This document shows, piece after piece, positions 27,603 through 41,331 of a DNA stretch of 64,000 nucleotides. The translations under genes and the position numbers were made by a program. The first letter of the stretch is position 1, and each line of letters starts with the position of its first letter. The notes beneath the pieces were generated by a model. It was not told where the DNA came from and searched no databases. It saw only the letters and a list, made by a program, of their open reading frames with translations. The DNA comes from Dicyema japonicum (lineage: Eukaryota; Animalia; Dicyemida), in the NCBI GenBank assembly GCA_011109175.1, contig RDEW01000004.1, forward strand, positions 954,030 through 1,018,029. The letters are read 5' to 3'.

Positions 27603-28601
27603 TTTAGCTTTATTATTTGAGTTTTTGTTAAAAGTTATATTTGGATTCGGTAGACATTCTGTAGGGAGATTGCCCCAGATGCACAAATGTTCAATGTAGC
27701 TCAAGAACAAGTTAGTAATCAATAACACCCACCATTTCAATCATTGAACAGATTCGACAGACTAGGTCCTCCTTTTGTACGCAAACGATACTCGACGTCT
27801 CCACATCTAAAGTTACAAACTAATGCTCTTAATATTTTAGTACTTTCTTTTTTTGTGATCTTTGGTCTCACGCACAAGAAATTTTTCTGAAAGGTAGATG
27901 TCGTCGAAAGTCATCAAGACGTTTGTCATCGCTCTATAAGTGGCCAGTGGGTTCCAGAAGAAAGCGTATTTTTGAAGTAAGGTTGAGACAGTCTTGCGAG
28001 GAAACGGCCAGGACTAAATTTGCATGATGAGGGATGATAACCATAAGAATCCATCCAACATAAACTGTTGACGTACTTTTGCATTAATTTATCTTGTTAA
28101 CACGTGGAACCACGAGAAACAGGATAAAAATATCTAACATGATTTGTTATCATGAACTAATCTTCCTAAAAAAGGTTTCGTCTCATATCTTAAAGAGGAT
28201 CCTAGATATGATCAGATTGTCGATCAAAGGGGATGTTTTGGAGACTTGACTCTCCAATTTGCTCTCCATAGAGTTTTATTTATCAACCCATGTTACAAAG
28301 ATAATCATGTTAATACTAAATAATTAATGTATCCAGACATTTCGATATGACAACTATATTCAACAATCAAGCCACTTTAGTAGAACAAGAGAAGGGAAAG
28401 GAAACAAGTAATTAGTGGAGGATCGAATCCAAGACTGACTACAATAGTAAGACTAAGCAATTTTTATTTATTCTCAGAATATATCAGAGATTAAGAGCTA
28501 ATAAGCGTATTTTCAAGATACAAGTACACATTGTTGGAGTGAGACATGTCCATCAATTATTTTAAAAAAAATACTATAACGCAGTCAAATTAACTAATTA
28601 A

Positions 28602-31600
28602 TTAATTAAGCGTATTTTGATCCAGATTGTTGGTAATCCCTCTTCTTCTCTTAGAAGAAGAGTGTGCCATAACCTCCCTGTTACTCCGCATCTCCACATC
28701 AGATTCAGTCAAAATATCTCCGTTTGAGTCCAGTGGGCTGTCTTCACGGCATGCCAGTTCCACAAGTTGGGAGGTAGCAGAGGCGTACTCTTCATCGTAT
28801 ACCTTCATCCCATGCTTATGTTCAATGAGCATACTTTCGAGCGTTCTCTTCAGTACAACCGATTGGATGTAAGTCCTCGTTGATTCTTCAATAGATAATT
28901 TATCCATATGATTCTTGAAGCATCTTGAAACAACTCCATCCCATGTCAAAACCACTGGAATAATCTTCACTTGGCATTCATAGAGCAGCGAAAGTTCATT
29001 TGCTAGCAAGTCATATTTGTGAAGTTTCTCAACTTCAACTTGCTTTAGTCGGTCTTGTGAGGTAATCCCCACTTCAATTAACGTTACTTCCTTCTTTATT
29101 TTGTCATACACGAAAATATCAGGTTTATTGTATTGGACTTTTGTTTCTGTCAAAATCGACGAGTCAACTCTAATTTCGACATTTTGATTCGTCAATATTG
29201 ACTGAACCGAATGTCCTTTCAATTTCCTGCTTCTTTTGATTCCATAAATTCGACAAAGATGAAGATGGATGCACTTTACCACTTCATTATGTCTTCGGAG
29301 ATAATCACTATTTAGCATTTTTCCACACTGAGTGGCCAAATGATCAACAGTTTTCTTGCTTTTTTTACAATGGTTGCATAATGACCCCGTGTGTGCAAAA
29401 AACAAATTCCTATCTTGCAAAAGACAGTACAATGCTTCGCTCCGTGGGCCGTTATTTCCTTTGGATAACCATTCTGAGGAAGTATATAGGTCGACATTTG
29501 TTTCATCAATACATTTGAACATAATTGAGTGTAGTGTTCTGCAATAAATTTTATTTAATAAATATTTTTTCTGAGTGTCCTTGAGGGACTTAATATCCAT
29601 GCTTTCCCTGTCGGCAATTGCATATTTAGAGGCAAGAAATCCTGCGATTGTAGCCAAGTGCCATTTTTTTGTTTTTATTACTCGCAGAATCCCCGACCTT
29701 CGCAAACACACAGTCGATTGTTTTTCCAAACTTTTAAAAAACTGGAAAAGTATTAATTCGCTCTTTAATGAAATCGAGGAAAGTCCTCTTCCAAAAGTCT
29801 TCCTGTCCAAATACAGCCTCTCTTTATTTGCAGGTTTGAGGTGCAACTTGAGTGACGTAAGCAGTTGCCGTATTTGTTGGTCAATATCATCAAATTCGTA
29901 TGGTTCAATATTAATTAATCCTATATAATAGTTATATAGGGACATTGCGTATTCATTTATTGCGCGAAATAAGTTCACAGAATTTAACTTTGTTTTTGAA
30001 AGCATGGTTATTCTCTTCTTAACATTTTCAAGTATGGACTCCATAACTTTGCTTTTAAGAACATTACTTCCCTCATCTTCAAAAACACCCAAATATCGAT
30101 ATCCACTGACTCCTTCCAGATCTCACAACATGATAACGATTTAACATTAGACAGTGACTTTTCCGAATTCATCTCCAAGCCGGCAACATGAAAGAAATCG
30201 CGAACAACTTCATCATTTTAATAACAGTATCTTCTTTTAGCCCAAATATCTTTAGGTCATCAATGAATAACAAATGATTTGTAGAATAAGTCAGTGTATT
30301 AGGATCCTCCTGATTAATTTGGAGTCTTGGGAACATAAAGTTAAGGGTCCTGCTCAAGGGTTCCATTACCATAACAAATAGTTGAGGGGATAATGAATCT
30401 CCTTGCAAAATTCCCCGTCCCAGTTTTACAGAACCAATTCTTCTTCCATCTAAGTGGAGATTTACAGTCCACTTCTTGACTATGGTCTTTACAAAGTTTA
30501 CAATCCAACGGGGTATTCCTGAGCAGTCCAATACATGAAATAAAAATTCATGGTCAACAGAATCAAAGGCCTTCTTCACATCCACCCAAGCAGAATAAAG
30601 GGCGTTTCCATACTCCTTATTTAAGCATTGATTAATAAGGGCCTGTTCCTTAGCGCCCTGACAATGTTTCCTCGTTCCCAGCTGATTGTCAGATAATAGC
30701 CCAAACGAATCCACAAAATCTGAGAGTTTGGAATTAACACATTTGGTAATAAGTTTATATAAAGTTGGCATACACGTGATAGGACGTAAGTCATTAGGAG
30801 TCTCACAATCATCCTTTTTAGGAATTAAATAGGTTATTCCAGTATAAAACCAACTTTCAGGCATATATTCCCCATTAATAATTCGGTTAATCTCAGTACA
30901 TAAAAAGCCATGTAAAGATTCCATTTTCTTAATAAAGAAGTTATATGAGCCATCGCATCCACACGCCTTCCAATCAGGGAGCCATTTAATAACATCCAGG
31001 ATAAACTCATTTGTGAACTCTGGCAACATGCCTTCAATACCAGTATTTACTTTACCCACACTGTCATATGGCACGTTCATCTCTTTTCTTTTAGACCACA
31101 CTTTTTCCCAAAACGACATACAATCCTCATCATCGAAACCATATAACGTTACTTCATTGCTTGCTGATAGGTTCCGATAAAATCTTCTTCGATTTAATTC
31201 AAAACAACAGTTGTCCTTGCGAAAGTCCTTCCTCGAATGATGTACAGCTATTTGCTTTTTCTTAATTCTGACAAGGTCACATAGTAGAGCCTCAATCCTG
31301 GCAACCTCCCCTTTTTGGCCCTTTTGTATCCATAGGCACAAAGAACATCCATAACCTTTTGTTTTTCATACACAGGGAGAGCTTGTCTGGAAAAGCGATT
31401 GACAAGTTCTAGTTCTGCCATCAGCTTTGAGATTTTCTTTTCAGTGTTCCCCAACCACGTACTCTGCGGTTTAACCTTCGCAGTTAAAGTCATATAAGCA
31501 CACTGTGCAGCATATAGAATATCAGTAATTTGATTGATATCTTGAGGCGGATTATCTTTCGTAATATAATATATTGCAGAATTTAGTCCTGACATACTTT

Positions 31601-32122
31601 CTCTGAATTTTGGGTGTTGGTTTTCGAGTGTCCCTCGGAATTGACTTAATTTTCTCAATTTGTACTTTTAGTTCCTCAAGGCAATTTCTGAAGGTGGAAA
31701 TTTCCACATTAGTATTATTTTGACTTTGAAACATTCGCCTCCTTTTACATTGTTATTCCGATTTTCAGGTTTCAGCATCTTTTTTAGTTGACATAGACTG
31801 GAACTCTTGGAGTACTTTTCATTGAACTTTTTGAGTACGAGGTTCCAGCCACCTCTAGGTATCCTTCCAAATCTTTGTTTCGTGGCAAGAAAAATCTGAG
31901 ATACCCACTCAGCTTCAGAGACACAGTGACCTCTTCAATAATGGCAGATAATGAATGCAAGTTGGTATTGGCACCAATATTCCCAGCGATGTTGATATTA
32001 GTTCTTGTGACATTATCCAGCCCCACAGACGACGGTCCTACTTCTACTAAACTATCTTCTTTATTTGATTTTGCAGGAATGCCCATAGGATTCGATTTCT
32101 CGGTATGATTAGAAACGGACAT
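28602..32122 (-). mobile_element. R4/NeSL-type single-ORF non-LTR retrotransposon (RT + CCHC + restriction-like endonuclease), near full length
   Basis: LRPITCMPTLYK, DVKKAFDSV, GILQGDSLSP, LFIDDLK, CNHC...HLATQC, RRHN, KPDIFVYD...IEVG...KYD. The ORF is broken mainly by a few single-base indels. Confidence 0.93.
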
Positions 32123-32339
32123 GTCAACACCACAACAACTATAATTCTTATGTCCATCAATAACAAAAACTTTGAATACCCCTTTAGTAAGGAAAAGATA
32201 GATTCCTGAAACAGGTTGATCATAGGATTTAAAGGCACAAAACAGAATTTTTTCGGATAGGTAGATAGCAGTGTAGGAATCGAACCCACAGCTAATCTCT
32301 ACTCGGAGGACAGTTTCAACAGCAGTGATAGTCTTGATA

Positions 32340-32900
32340 TATTAGGGTCCAGTCACTTGAAAGACTTTAGCCTTTGACAAGAAAGGTCGTGGATTCGTCC
32401 AATTGCTGTCGGAGTTGTTTTCAGGAGATTGACTGAAAAAATCGCTTGTAGTAGTTCTATCCACCTCGTGGAAAAATTCGTTACACCCTGATAAGAAGAG
32501 ATCACATTCTGGAGTTATGAGCGAGAAATGCACCAATATTGTCAAGGTAGTAAATCAGTCTTATAGATTGCGCTACACCATACTCTTCGTCTTTCATCAG
32601 GGAGATACTCGTTGACATCTAATTTTTTTTGCTATTGGGAAAAAATAAAACCTAGTCAGTCTCCAATCAAACTTTGGTATCTGGATGAAGTTCTTGGGTG
32701 TTTTTCAGGTACTGTCCTTTGAAATCTGTAAATTTTGGTCTCATCTTTTCCATAGCTGGCCATGAGCTAAATAAAGATAAGCGTGAAATTATTAATTGTG
32801 GATCTTACGATGCAAATTTTCTCAGCTCCTTCGTTCTTTCCGCTACATATTATTGAATAATGAGTCCAACAGGAATTCAAGTCCTCTATTACTTAATGTA
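32340..32900 (+). mobile_element. CRE-like RT relic
   Basis: GVVFRRLTEKIAC and LWYLDE remnants. Confidence 0.5.
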
Positions 32901-33497
32901 CTAATTATTCCTCAATCACACGATTTGTTGGTACCCCCAAATTATTATTAAAAAGCACTACCGAGAAAACATAAAATTAGTTAAGTTTCCCTTTGCCGTA
33001 TTCCGAATCATCCTCTCCGTCAGCTCCGACCATGATCTTTTGTTGCGCGCTAGTTCTCTTAAGTAATCCAGGTGTCAGATACTGCCCACAGTATTGGAAC
33101 ACAGTGAATCAGATTTTGATGGGCTGAAAATCCGAAACCATAATGTCATATTTTGTTAGATCGGATGCCAGTTGGTGTTTCTTGTAAGGTTAAGTCTTCA
33201 GCAAGATCTCAGAGTGAATGGAGAAGTCAGCAAGGAATACGAATAAGACATAGTGCAATATAAGACCCTCAAATGCATCACCAAAATATGAACAGTCTAC
33301 ATATGGATTATCGGATTTCCATCGACATTGGTTTTACATAATTTGTATAACTTTGCATTAATATCTTCATAGTGTATCGTATACCGAGTGGCTTCCGGAC
33401 CAGGTCGCGCTGAAAACTATCTTTGACAAGCAACTTTTTCTAAATAATTATTATTAAAAACCAAAAATCACGGACAAATTAAATAACTACATAGTCG

Positions 33498-35544
33498 TCA
33501 GGTGATTCCGGCCGCCTCGAATAGCCATCTCATTCTTGCTCGGTGTTCTTCCCGGGTTCCAACGCATTTCCAGATTGGGCGGGGGTTTCTAACTTTTTTG
33601 GAGGGTAGTAAGTTTCCGGTTTTCCTCACTAATTCCTCAAAAGGTGTAGGGTTTAGAAATGTCCAAGAAAACCTTTGCAAAGCCTTAATGCCCATTTTTA
33701 AAAGGTATTGATTTTTTCTATATTCCTGTTTGATAGTTTAGTTCCCCATGCAGCACACCCGTAAGTTAGAGACGGTTGAATATACTGCACGTAGAGCGAG
33801 TCCAAATTTGAGTTGAAACACCCATTATATTGTCCAAGGAGTGTTTTAACAAAATTTAGCTTTCGTTGTGCCGAAGAGATGACGTTGTCGATGTATCTTG
33901 ACCGAGTGGTCATGGGGATTGAGTTTCCATTTATGGTTACACATGGAGTGGAGTTTGTCAATCTTCTGTTGTTAAAATTGTTGTATAAGACTTTTCGGGA
34001 CTTGTATGTAAAATGTTCTTAACGAGCCAACAGTTCAGATCGTCCAATGAAGCTTGTATCCGGTAAACAGCAGTATTAACGCACTGGTCTTTGACTGCGA
34101 CAATTATATCATCCGCATATGTCAGAACCAGAGTATCGTCACTGGTATGAGAGGGCATATCATTCAAGAATAGGTTGAATAGGTGTTAGTCCATCCTTGG
34201 TGAAATTTGTAAGGAATGTAAGATGCTTTTCTGTGGAGTGTCCTCTTCTGAATCCGTGTTGAAAAGGTGCATCAGGAAGGTATGGTTTGATTAGTTCAAG
34301 AATCAGCTTTTCCAAAATTTTTAATGTAACACATAGGAGAGATATTGGTCTGTATGAGGCTGGTGATCTTTTTGGTCGTCCGGGTTTCAGAATTGGTCGT
34401 ATGTTTGATAGCTTCCATATGGAAGGAATACAATTTTCGTTGATTGAAAAGTTGAAAATTTTGGTGAGGGCCATGATAGAATAAGGGCCTATGTTTTTCA
34501 GAACTATTGCAGGAATTCTGTCGGACACAGGAATAAGTCGACTTTTGACCATATTCTGTACATTAATCGGGGAGGTGGCTCTTTTAGGTTTGAGGGCTAG
34601 GATTGATGGACCTTCGAATTTCTTGTGTGGGATGAAACTCGTGGAGGAGTAGTACTTCATAAGTTTGTTTAGGAAGATCTTGTTTTCCATTTCATCACGT
34701 GTGGCCGGGTTGTCAGCATTACTAAAGCTTCTAAGTGTTTTCCACATTTTTGTAAGGGAGTTCTGCTTGTTTAAATTGGACATGAGATTTTTCCAAACTT
34801 TCTCTTGTTTCTTCTTTGCATTGTTCCTGATCTCTCTTTCTAATGTACGAATTCTCAATCTTGTTTCCCAGGATTGTTTTTGGAGGCTTTTTAGGTAATT
34901 TCTTTCTTTTATGAGTGGATCGGCTCTGGGGAAGAATTCTTTCATTAGGTTTTCATTCCCTCGCGTACCACTCTATTAAAATAGTGTAGTGCTTTATCGA
35001 TGGAGTTGAAATTGGATAAATGAAAGTCAGGTAATTAATAGTCGACAAAATTTGAGAACTTTTTCCAGTCGACATTTTTGTAGTCGGTAAATAAAACAGG
35101 TTTCTTTACAATTGACACTCTTCCTTCAAACGTAATCATAACGGGATTATGGTCACTGCTAATCTCGTATAGCACTGTCCATTTTGTTAATGTTGAGATG
35201 ACGTGATAGTTTGGGAAGACGGGAGTGGAAGAAGACGGAGTCAGTCTTGTTTCTTGGAGTAGGCAAATGTCAGTATTATACCTGTTTAAGCGGTTTCTGA
35301 GTTCGAGGATTTTCACTTTCATTCCATTTATGTTTAGTTGAATCAAAATAATGGGTTTTCGAGGTCCAGGATTGGGGTTCACATCGCCGGATAGCATTAG
35401 GTGGGCTTCCATCAAGGCAGGAGAGAGAGGCCAGTGGGGAGATCGTCCAAGAAGGACAATCCTCTTGGATTGGACGTAGAAGATGGTTCTTTTGTCTGTG
35501 AAGTATATTCCACAGTTTTCGTCACCAGAAACGAGGAAGCACAT
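33498..35544 (-). mobile_element. Ingi/Vingi-like single-ORF LINE with N-terminal 2A-like motif, internally deleted
   Basis: LMLSGDVNPNPGP, then IQLNINGM, LQETRL, SDHNP, YRPISLL, QHGFRRGHST, YADD. Confidence 0.85.
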
Positions 35545-35621
35545 GACATTAAAGAATTTATTATAAAAAAGTGCCGAGTTTTATCAATTTTATTAATTTA
35601 TCATTAATATATTAATAAAGA

Positions 35622-38600
35622 TTAATTAGTCATATAATATCTGGATAAGCATAAAACGGTATCTGTGAATAATATTTAATGACGTAATCTAAAATCTTCT
35701 CGACAACTTTAGCGTCCTTTGAATATTCTTCCAATTCTTGTATCGCACTTTCTTCGTTGTACTTTTAAATTAAAAAACCGCATTTTACTTGAGTTGCCAA
35801 GTATTTTTTAGCCAATTCTCCCACACTAGTGTGTTCATTAACCTTCAATGAATCAGTAGAGTACCTTCGTATCAAATATGCTTCTGCTCGTAATATTAAG
35901 CAAGTTGTTGAAATCAAAGTGGTAAATCATCAGGGACCACGTTTCATCAAAGTAGCTTAAATAAGGAAGAACACAACCTAAACAGATCTCTGATTAAACC
36001 TTCCTTATATCTTCCAAGTAAATTATTCAACAGCAAATGATGCTTCCCCCACAAATTTATTATGTTAAACCAGGATCTGCCCCCTATGGATATATTTACT
36101 TGTTACCTGGTTCTCTAAGCATGTGATTGTTTGCACAAAATTATTATCGTCTAAATATATTCTAAAATAGTTTATTTTCCGGTCCACGTAGTAATTCGTG
36201 GAGATACCCGTCCCCTAATCGTGACTATAATGACAAACTCCTATTATGGTATCTTCCAAACTCACTGGGATTTCTTTCCCGGCTTTTTTCACTTTTAAAT
36301 ATTCGTATCCAGGGAGATAGGCGTGCTCCAGTAATGGGGAGTCAAACGTACGGTGTAATGAGTCAAATTTGGTAGTCTTAGGGGCCATAAGGTTCAACGA
36401 ACAGCATAAATCGTAAAATAGCTGGATTTGACTAGAATAATTACAAGAATTCCGATTTCACAAGATTGGTAGAGAGAATGGCTTTGATCTCCGGGATGAT
36501 AGCTTCTTTTATAGATACTCGCTGGGCCGGCAGCTTTAATCCTGGGGTCATTTGTAGAGAAGTTGTTGTCAATCACAACCCCACCGTCAAACACAACACA
36601 AGAGTTAGTTATGGCTAATATATTTATTTTTTGTACCTCGGAAGATCTCATCGTCGACCTCTTTACGTTCGTACCAAATTATCAGATTTGAATCCAGGAA
36701 AACGTCCCCCTCTTGACAGGATAGACATATTATAGCATTTCCAGAGGTTTCGTCGTAACCCACGTGGTTTATTTTTTGATTTAAGATGATTTTAACTTGT
36801 CTCATTACCATCTCATCAAATACAGCTTCTTCAACAGTGGAATCATTAAAGACGTGATTTTGCATAAAATTATTATATATTTTACCTCCTGGAATGAATT
36901 TACTGGTAAAACAAATGTAATTTTGGACCCACAAACTCCCGCATTTAAAAGTCCGCCCAAACAGGAAAAGGCGTCGAGGGAGCTTCCAATAATAACAATT
37001 TGTTCTGCGAAATTAAAACTTAAATAACCCAAATTAGTATTCTTGACAGTTTCCAGCACATTTTCAGCATCCTGTACTGAATTTATTGAAATTATCATCG
37101 ACTTCAACTTTTCGAGGGATGTCCCCTTCTTACAAAGTCTTTCATCAAAGTTATACTGTCTTCCGTTGCACAAAAACAGGTAATCGTAGGGAAGCAGATC
37201 GGAATAATTTATTGTAATTTCATTGTCAATTCTCAAATAAAATAAATGGTGGACCTGTTTATTCCAGTTAACGATCCTTTAACTACGCCCACGTGGGTCT
37301 TTATTGAGGTATTTACATGCTCATCGTGGAAAATACTAAATAAGCGGTTAAACAACTTGGAAGAAATCATTTTTGCGGCAGGACTTGTTTTGTCGAATTC
37401 AGGAATCCCCCGATGGGAGACAAGGAGTAGATTATTGAATATAAGGTCATTTCTATGAGTAAATTAGCCATTTTATTACTTTAAGGCTGCACTTTGCAGA
37501 AATGAAAGTCCGACTTGGGAAGCCCCAACCACCACGATCCTCAAATTAATGACTCTCTGTTGTAAAGCTAAGCTCATCAAACTTTTTTGAAATGGACGAG
37601 TTTCAAATTATAATGCAGCAGACTTTTGTTTTTAATTTTCTTTAAGAATCTGTGAGAGGGAGCATTGTCCTTGAGTTTTGTTAGCGGATATTGGATTTGT
37701 CTAATTTTCGGGAGGACGACCATATTAGTTACGAGAGGATTCAACGATATCGCCTTTTCCTGGGGAATATGAAAAATAAGTACAACTATGTTTGAATCAA
37801 CGGAATATCGAATTGTTGTCTTTTTACTTAGCCTCAAGACTGCCGAGATGAAATTCCCTCTGAATCGGTAGAATGTTGGATTTAAGGCAAAATATCTGAG
37901 GATAGAATGTTCACTTCTTAGATGATATTGGAAATATATTAGTTTATTGAGGTCATAGTTAGAATATACACTTTCGACATCCTGTTAATGAAAATGTGGA
38001 ATTTCAACCTCATCCTCCACCAAGGATACAATCCCTATGACTTGATCGAAGGCTTTTAGCGTGTAAACATAAAAGTCGTTGTTATTCTATAATTTTAGTT
38101 TTGATTATTACCTCGTCGAAATGTCTCAAAAAATAGGTTTTACAGTCGTCTATTAAATTATCATCATAACGAAGGTCCCTTACGAGGTTAATGCACTCGT
38201 CGAGCTTATCCTCAGTTATAGGGTCGACCGATAGATTATCAGGCCTTTGATGACTGTAGAAGGTTACAGTAAAGTTGAAGCTTTGTTACAGATGTACAAC
38301 TCGTGGGGGGTAGAACTCGGATTTTTGGGGACTAATCTCTAAAATATAAAATTTTATATTTTTCAACCATAAAATGACTCAAAAGGTCGAGTTCTGGAAG
38401 ATCATAAGGGACTGATATACAACAGTAGTTAACAGTGGGGTACTCCTTGAACACGTGCCACATAAAATCAAACGACCTAAAATATGGCCGATATTTAACC
38501 TCAAAGAATATTTATCCTTAATAACGAATAGTGAGATTGTAGCGATATCAGAAACATTCTCCAAATCCGTCTATAAAATTATTTACATGAATTCACATTC

Positions 38601-39540
38601 AAACTATCCTCTGATGAAATTCTAAAATATAAATGATATCACAACTCAATTTGCACCTCCTTCGCTTCATAAGACTCCTCCTCTGTCTCGAAAATATTTT
38701 CTAGGTAATAGAATACTGACAACCATTATTCCTGAAATCAATCAAATGATCGACGTGAAAATTATCCTTAACATAGTCCTTGTTGATGTCTGTTGTGATG
38801 TACATGAACCCCACGACTCTTTCGTTAGCCTATGTATAATTCAAAAAAACGGCGGAAAAACATTTCATATGATTATTCTGGGCTTCTGTCAACTCTGCTA
38901 TAAAGTAATCCCCATATTTTTGGTGAAGGATACCATTTTTGTTATTTAACAAATCAATGACGTCATCATTGTCCTCGGGTCTACAAATATTTGATTTTGT
39001 AACTTTGCATATCGAATATACAAAACTGGGTAAAAATCTTCCCGTTTGCAGTAACTCCATACAAGTTTGTCGTTAAAGCGGATTTTACCAGGAAATGCGT
39101 GTAGACTCTCTGGTATTTCAGTTGGAATGAGGATGTATTGTAGATCGTAAATATTTTCATAAATGTTCCTGACTAGTGACTCCAAAACAGAATTATTTAT
39201 GTTTTCTGTCAAAAATAGTGAGAGGAAATAAGAATTGAATCCGTTAATATTGGTGGTTGATTTAGAGTGGGATTTCATCCATTCTTCCCATAAAGTGGGG
39301 TCCTCCAGTTCGGGAGTGTTTGGATAAGACTGAATGGCCAATAACGAAGTAATTTCATTAGTACTATAATCATAAGCCACGTTGGAATATACTGAACGCT
39401 CTCTAATTTAACCCAAATTCAATTCTACAGTATATTCATAAAATTGTTATTATTTTCTGGAAAAGCCACTCCCTTTCTGCTAAGGATTCAATTTCTTTGT
39501 AATCTTCAATTTGACATTTTCTTATTTTAAAGCTGTTCAT
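35622..39540 (-). CDS. CFAP61: Cilia- and flagella-associated protein 61
   Basis: KYGDYFIAEL, RIVVVGASQVGLSFL, FNNLLLVS, YDYLFLCNGRQY, VFDGGVVIDNNFSTNDPRIKAAG, terminal IPFYAYP; many introns of 21-29 nt; one frameshift in exon 1. Confidence 0.9.
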
Positions 39541-40099
39541 TAAGATGTATCCCTGGTGATTCGATTTAATTTTTATTTACAAAAATATTGGTTTTAATAT
39601 TAATAGCAATTTCTTATAATACTAATAAGTCAGAGTCAGGTAACTTTCACCCCCAATCATTGGATTCACTCGGAGACGCTCAATGCCGGCATTCAAAAGA
39701 AACCATCTCTTCATTCCACCTCGAGACAATTTTGTTCCAATAATAATAAAAACTCAAATGTGTAGTTAATTCTATTTTTTGCTTAAATTTGTCAAAGTTT
39801 TCAAGATAATAAAAATTCATTAGAGTTGCATAGTGGTAAAAGCATAGCTTGGAAAATGAAGAGACTAAGAGGGTGTAGATCATGTAATGGCTGTGTCTTT
39901 CTACTAATGAATAATCTTGTTAATCATAAACACAAATGATTATGAATAACAAACAAGAAACACAAGCCTTCAATTGTTTTATCGGAAGTGATAGGTGTTC
40001 ACATAAATCTCTCAGTAAATTTGAAGGCCACAAAATTATGTGGACCAATTAGTCTTTAAACTAAACTGGGACATGGGAAATAATTATTATAAATACTCT

Positions 40100-40860
40100 T
40101 ATCGTATCTCTACCAGCGATTCCAATCTTTACTTGATGGTTATTAATTCTATCGGAGTACACTTTTTTTATTGTCGATCTGAATTCCGCCCCATAGGCCA
40201 ACCTTTCTCTGAGTGGGTTTTCTAGCTCCTCGCAGATACGTAGGAAACCCTGGCCATTTCACAATGTCGTTGCCTCTGAAAGGATAGTGTGGATTGATAT
40301 GGTGTCTGATTACATATGCTGCATGATCTAGAGAGTTCTTACGCTCGATCCTTCAAGAGGGAAGAACGAATCTCCAGGCAGAACAAGCATATTCAACTGT
40401 CGGCAAAATAATTTGAAGATATGGTTTCTGATACGAACTGCAGCCGCGAAGAAGCTCTTCTTTATGATAGCCTTTAGCAAGTTCCACTTTCGAAGCCCCT
40501 TGGTTAACACTTCCTCCATGTGACAGAGGAACTTCATAAGAGTCGAATGTCACTCCAAGAATTTTCTGAATTGGCGTATAAGGAATAGAAAGGTTTCACA
40601 AGAATACTTCGAGTCCACTTTTAAATCTCTGTCTGTAATAAATTGGGTGAAATGAGACTTTGATGCAGACAAAGACAGAAAATTCACAGATGCCCAGTCA
40701 CAAACCTGGTTAAAGTGTTACTGAACCACCGGCACAGCCCTGGAAAGAGATTTGTCCCTTGCAACGATAATCAGGTCGTCAGCGTAAGATACAACAGTTT
40801 CCTGATCTTAGTAGGTAAATCGTGTAGAAATAAGTTAAATAAGAAAGGAGAAAAAGAGGA
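40100..40860 (-). mobile_element. L2/CR1-like RT 3' fragment
   Basis: SPFLFNLFLHDL, SYADDL, GVTFD, ILPTVEYACSAW. Confidence 0.7.
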
Positions 40861-40914
40861 ATTCACTTTTTAAAAAGAAATATTATTCATTAATGACAAA
40901 ATAAAATGAACAAA

Positions 40915-41200
40915 TAGTCAAACAGAGGCCGCCATGCTTGCGTGGCTATTCCCTCTCCTGAGAATCGCTCAAATAATTAGCAGCGCAAACGGAGATCTCC
41001 TGTTCGTTCATAAATCCGATTCCTTAGACGATCAAGAATTCAAGGGAACCAGACGTCTTAACAGCTAGTGAAGCAAACAAAAAAATCTTTGGGTATGATC
41101 GCTTACTTTGCCCGTTTCAACCTCTTGGACTTCTCAACAACAAAACAGATCCAGAGGCACTCCGAGGTACATGCAATGGGCAAACGTGTCGGTGAATTAT
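40915..41200 (-). mobile_element. CRE-like extreme 3' fragment
   Basis: VKTSGSL and terminal RRGNSHAS. The same GGCTATTCCCTCTC motif occurs near 16510. Confidence 0.5.
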
Positions 41201-41331
41201 ATGAAAATGCGATTAAACAGCAAAATTAGATATTTTAAAATTATTTTTTATTTATTCAATTAAACCTTTTATTTTAGAATTTTTAATTTTTTTATAACGT
41301 GGATTTTATTTTCAAATTTGTGAGAACAATA

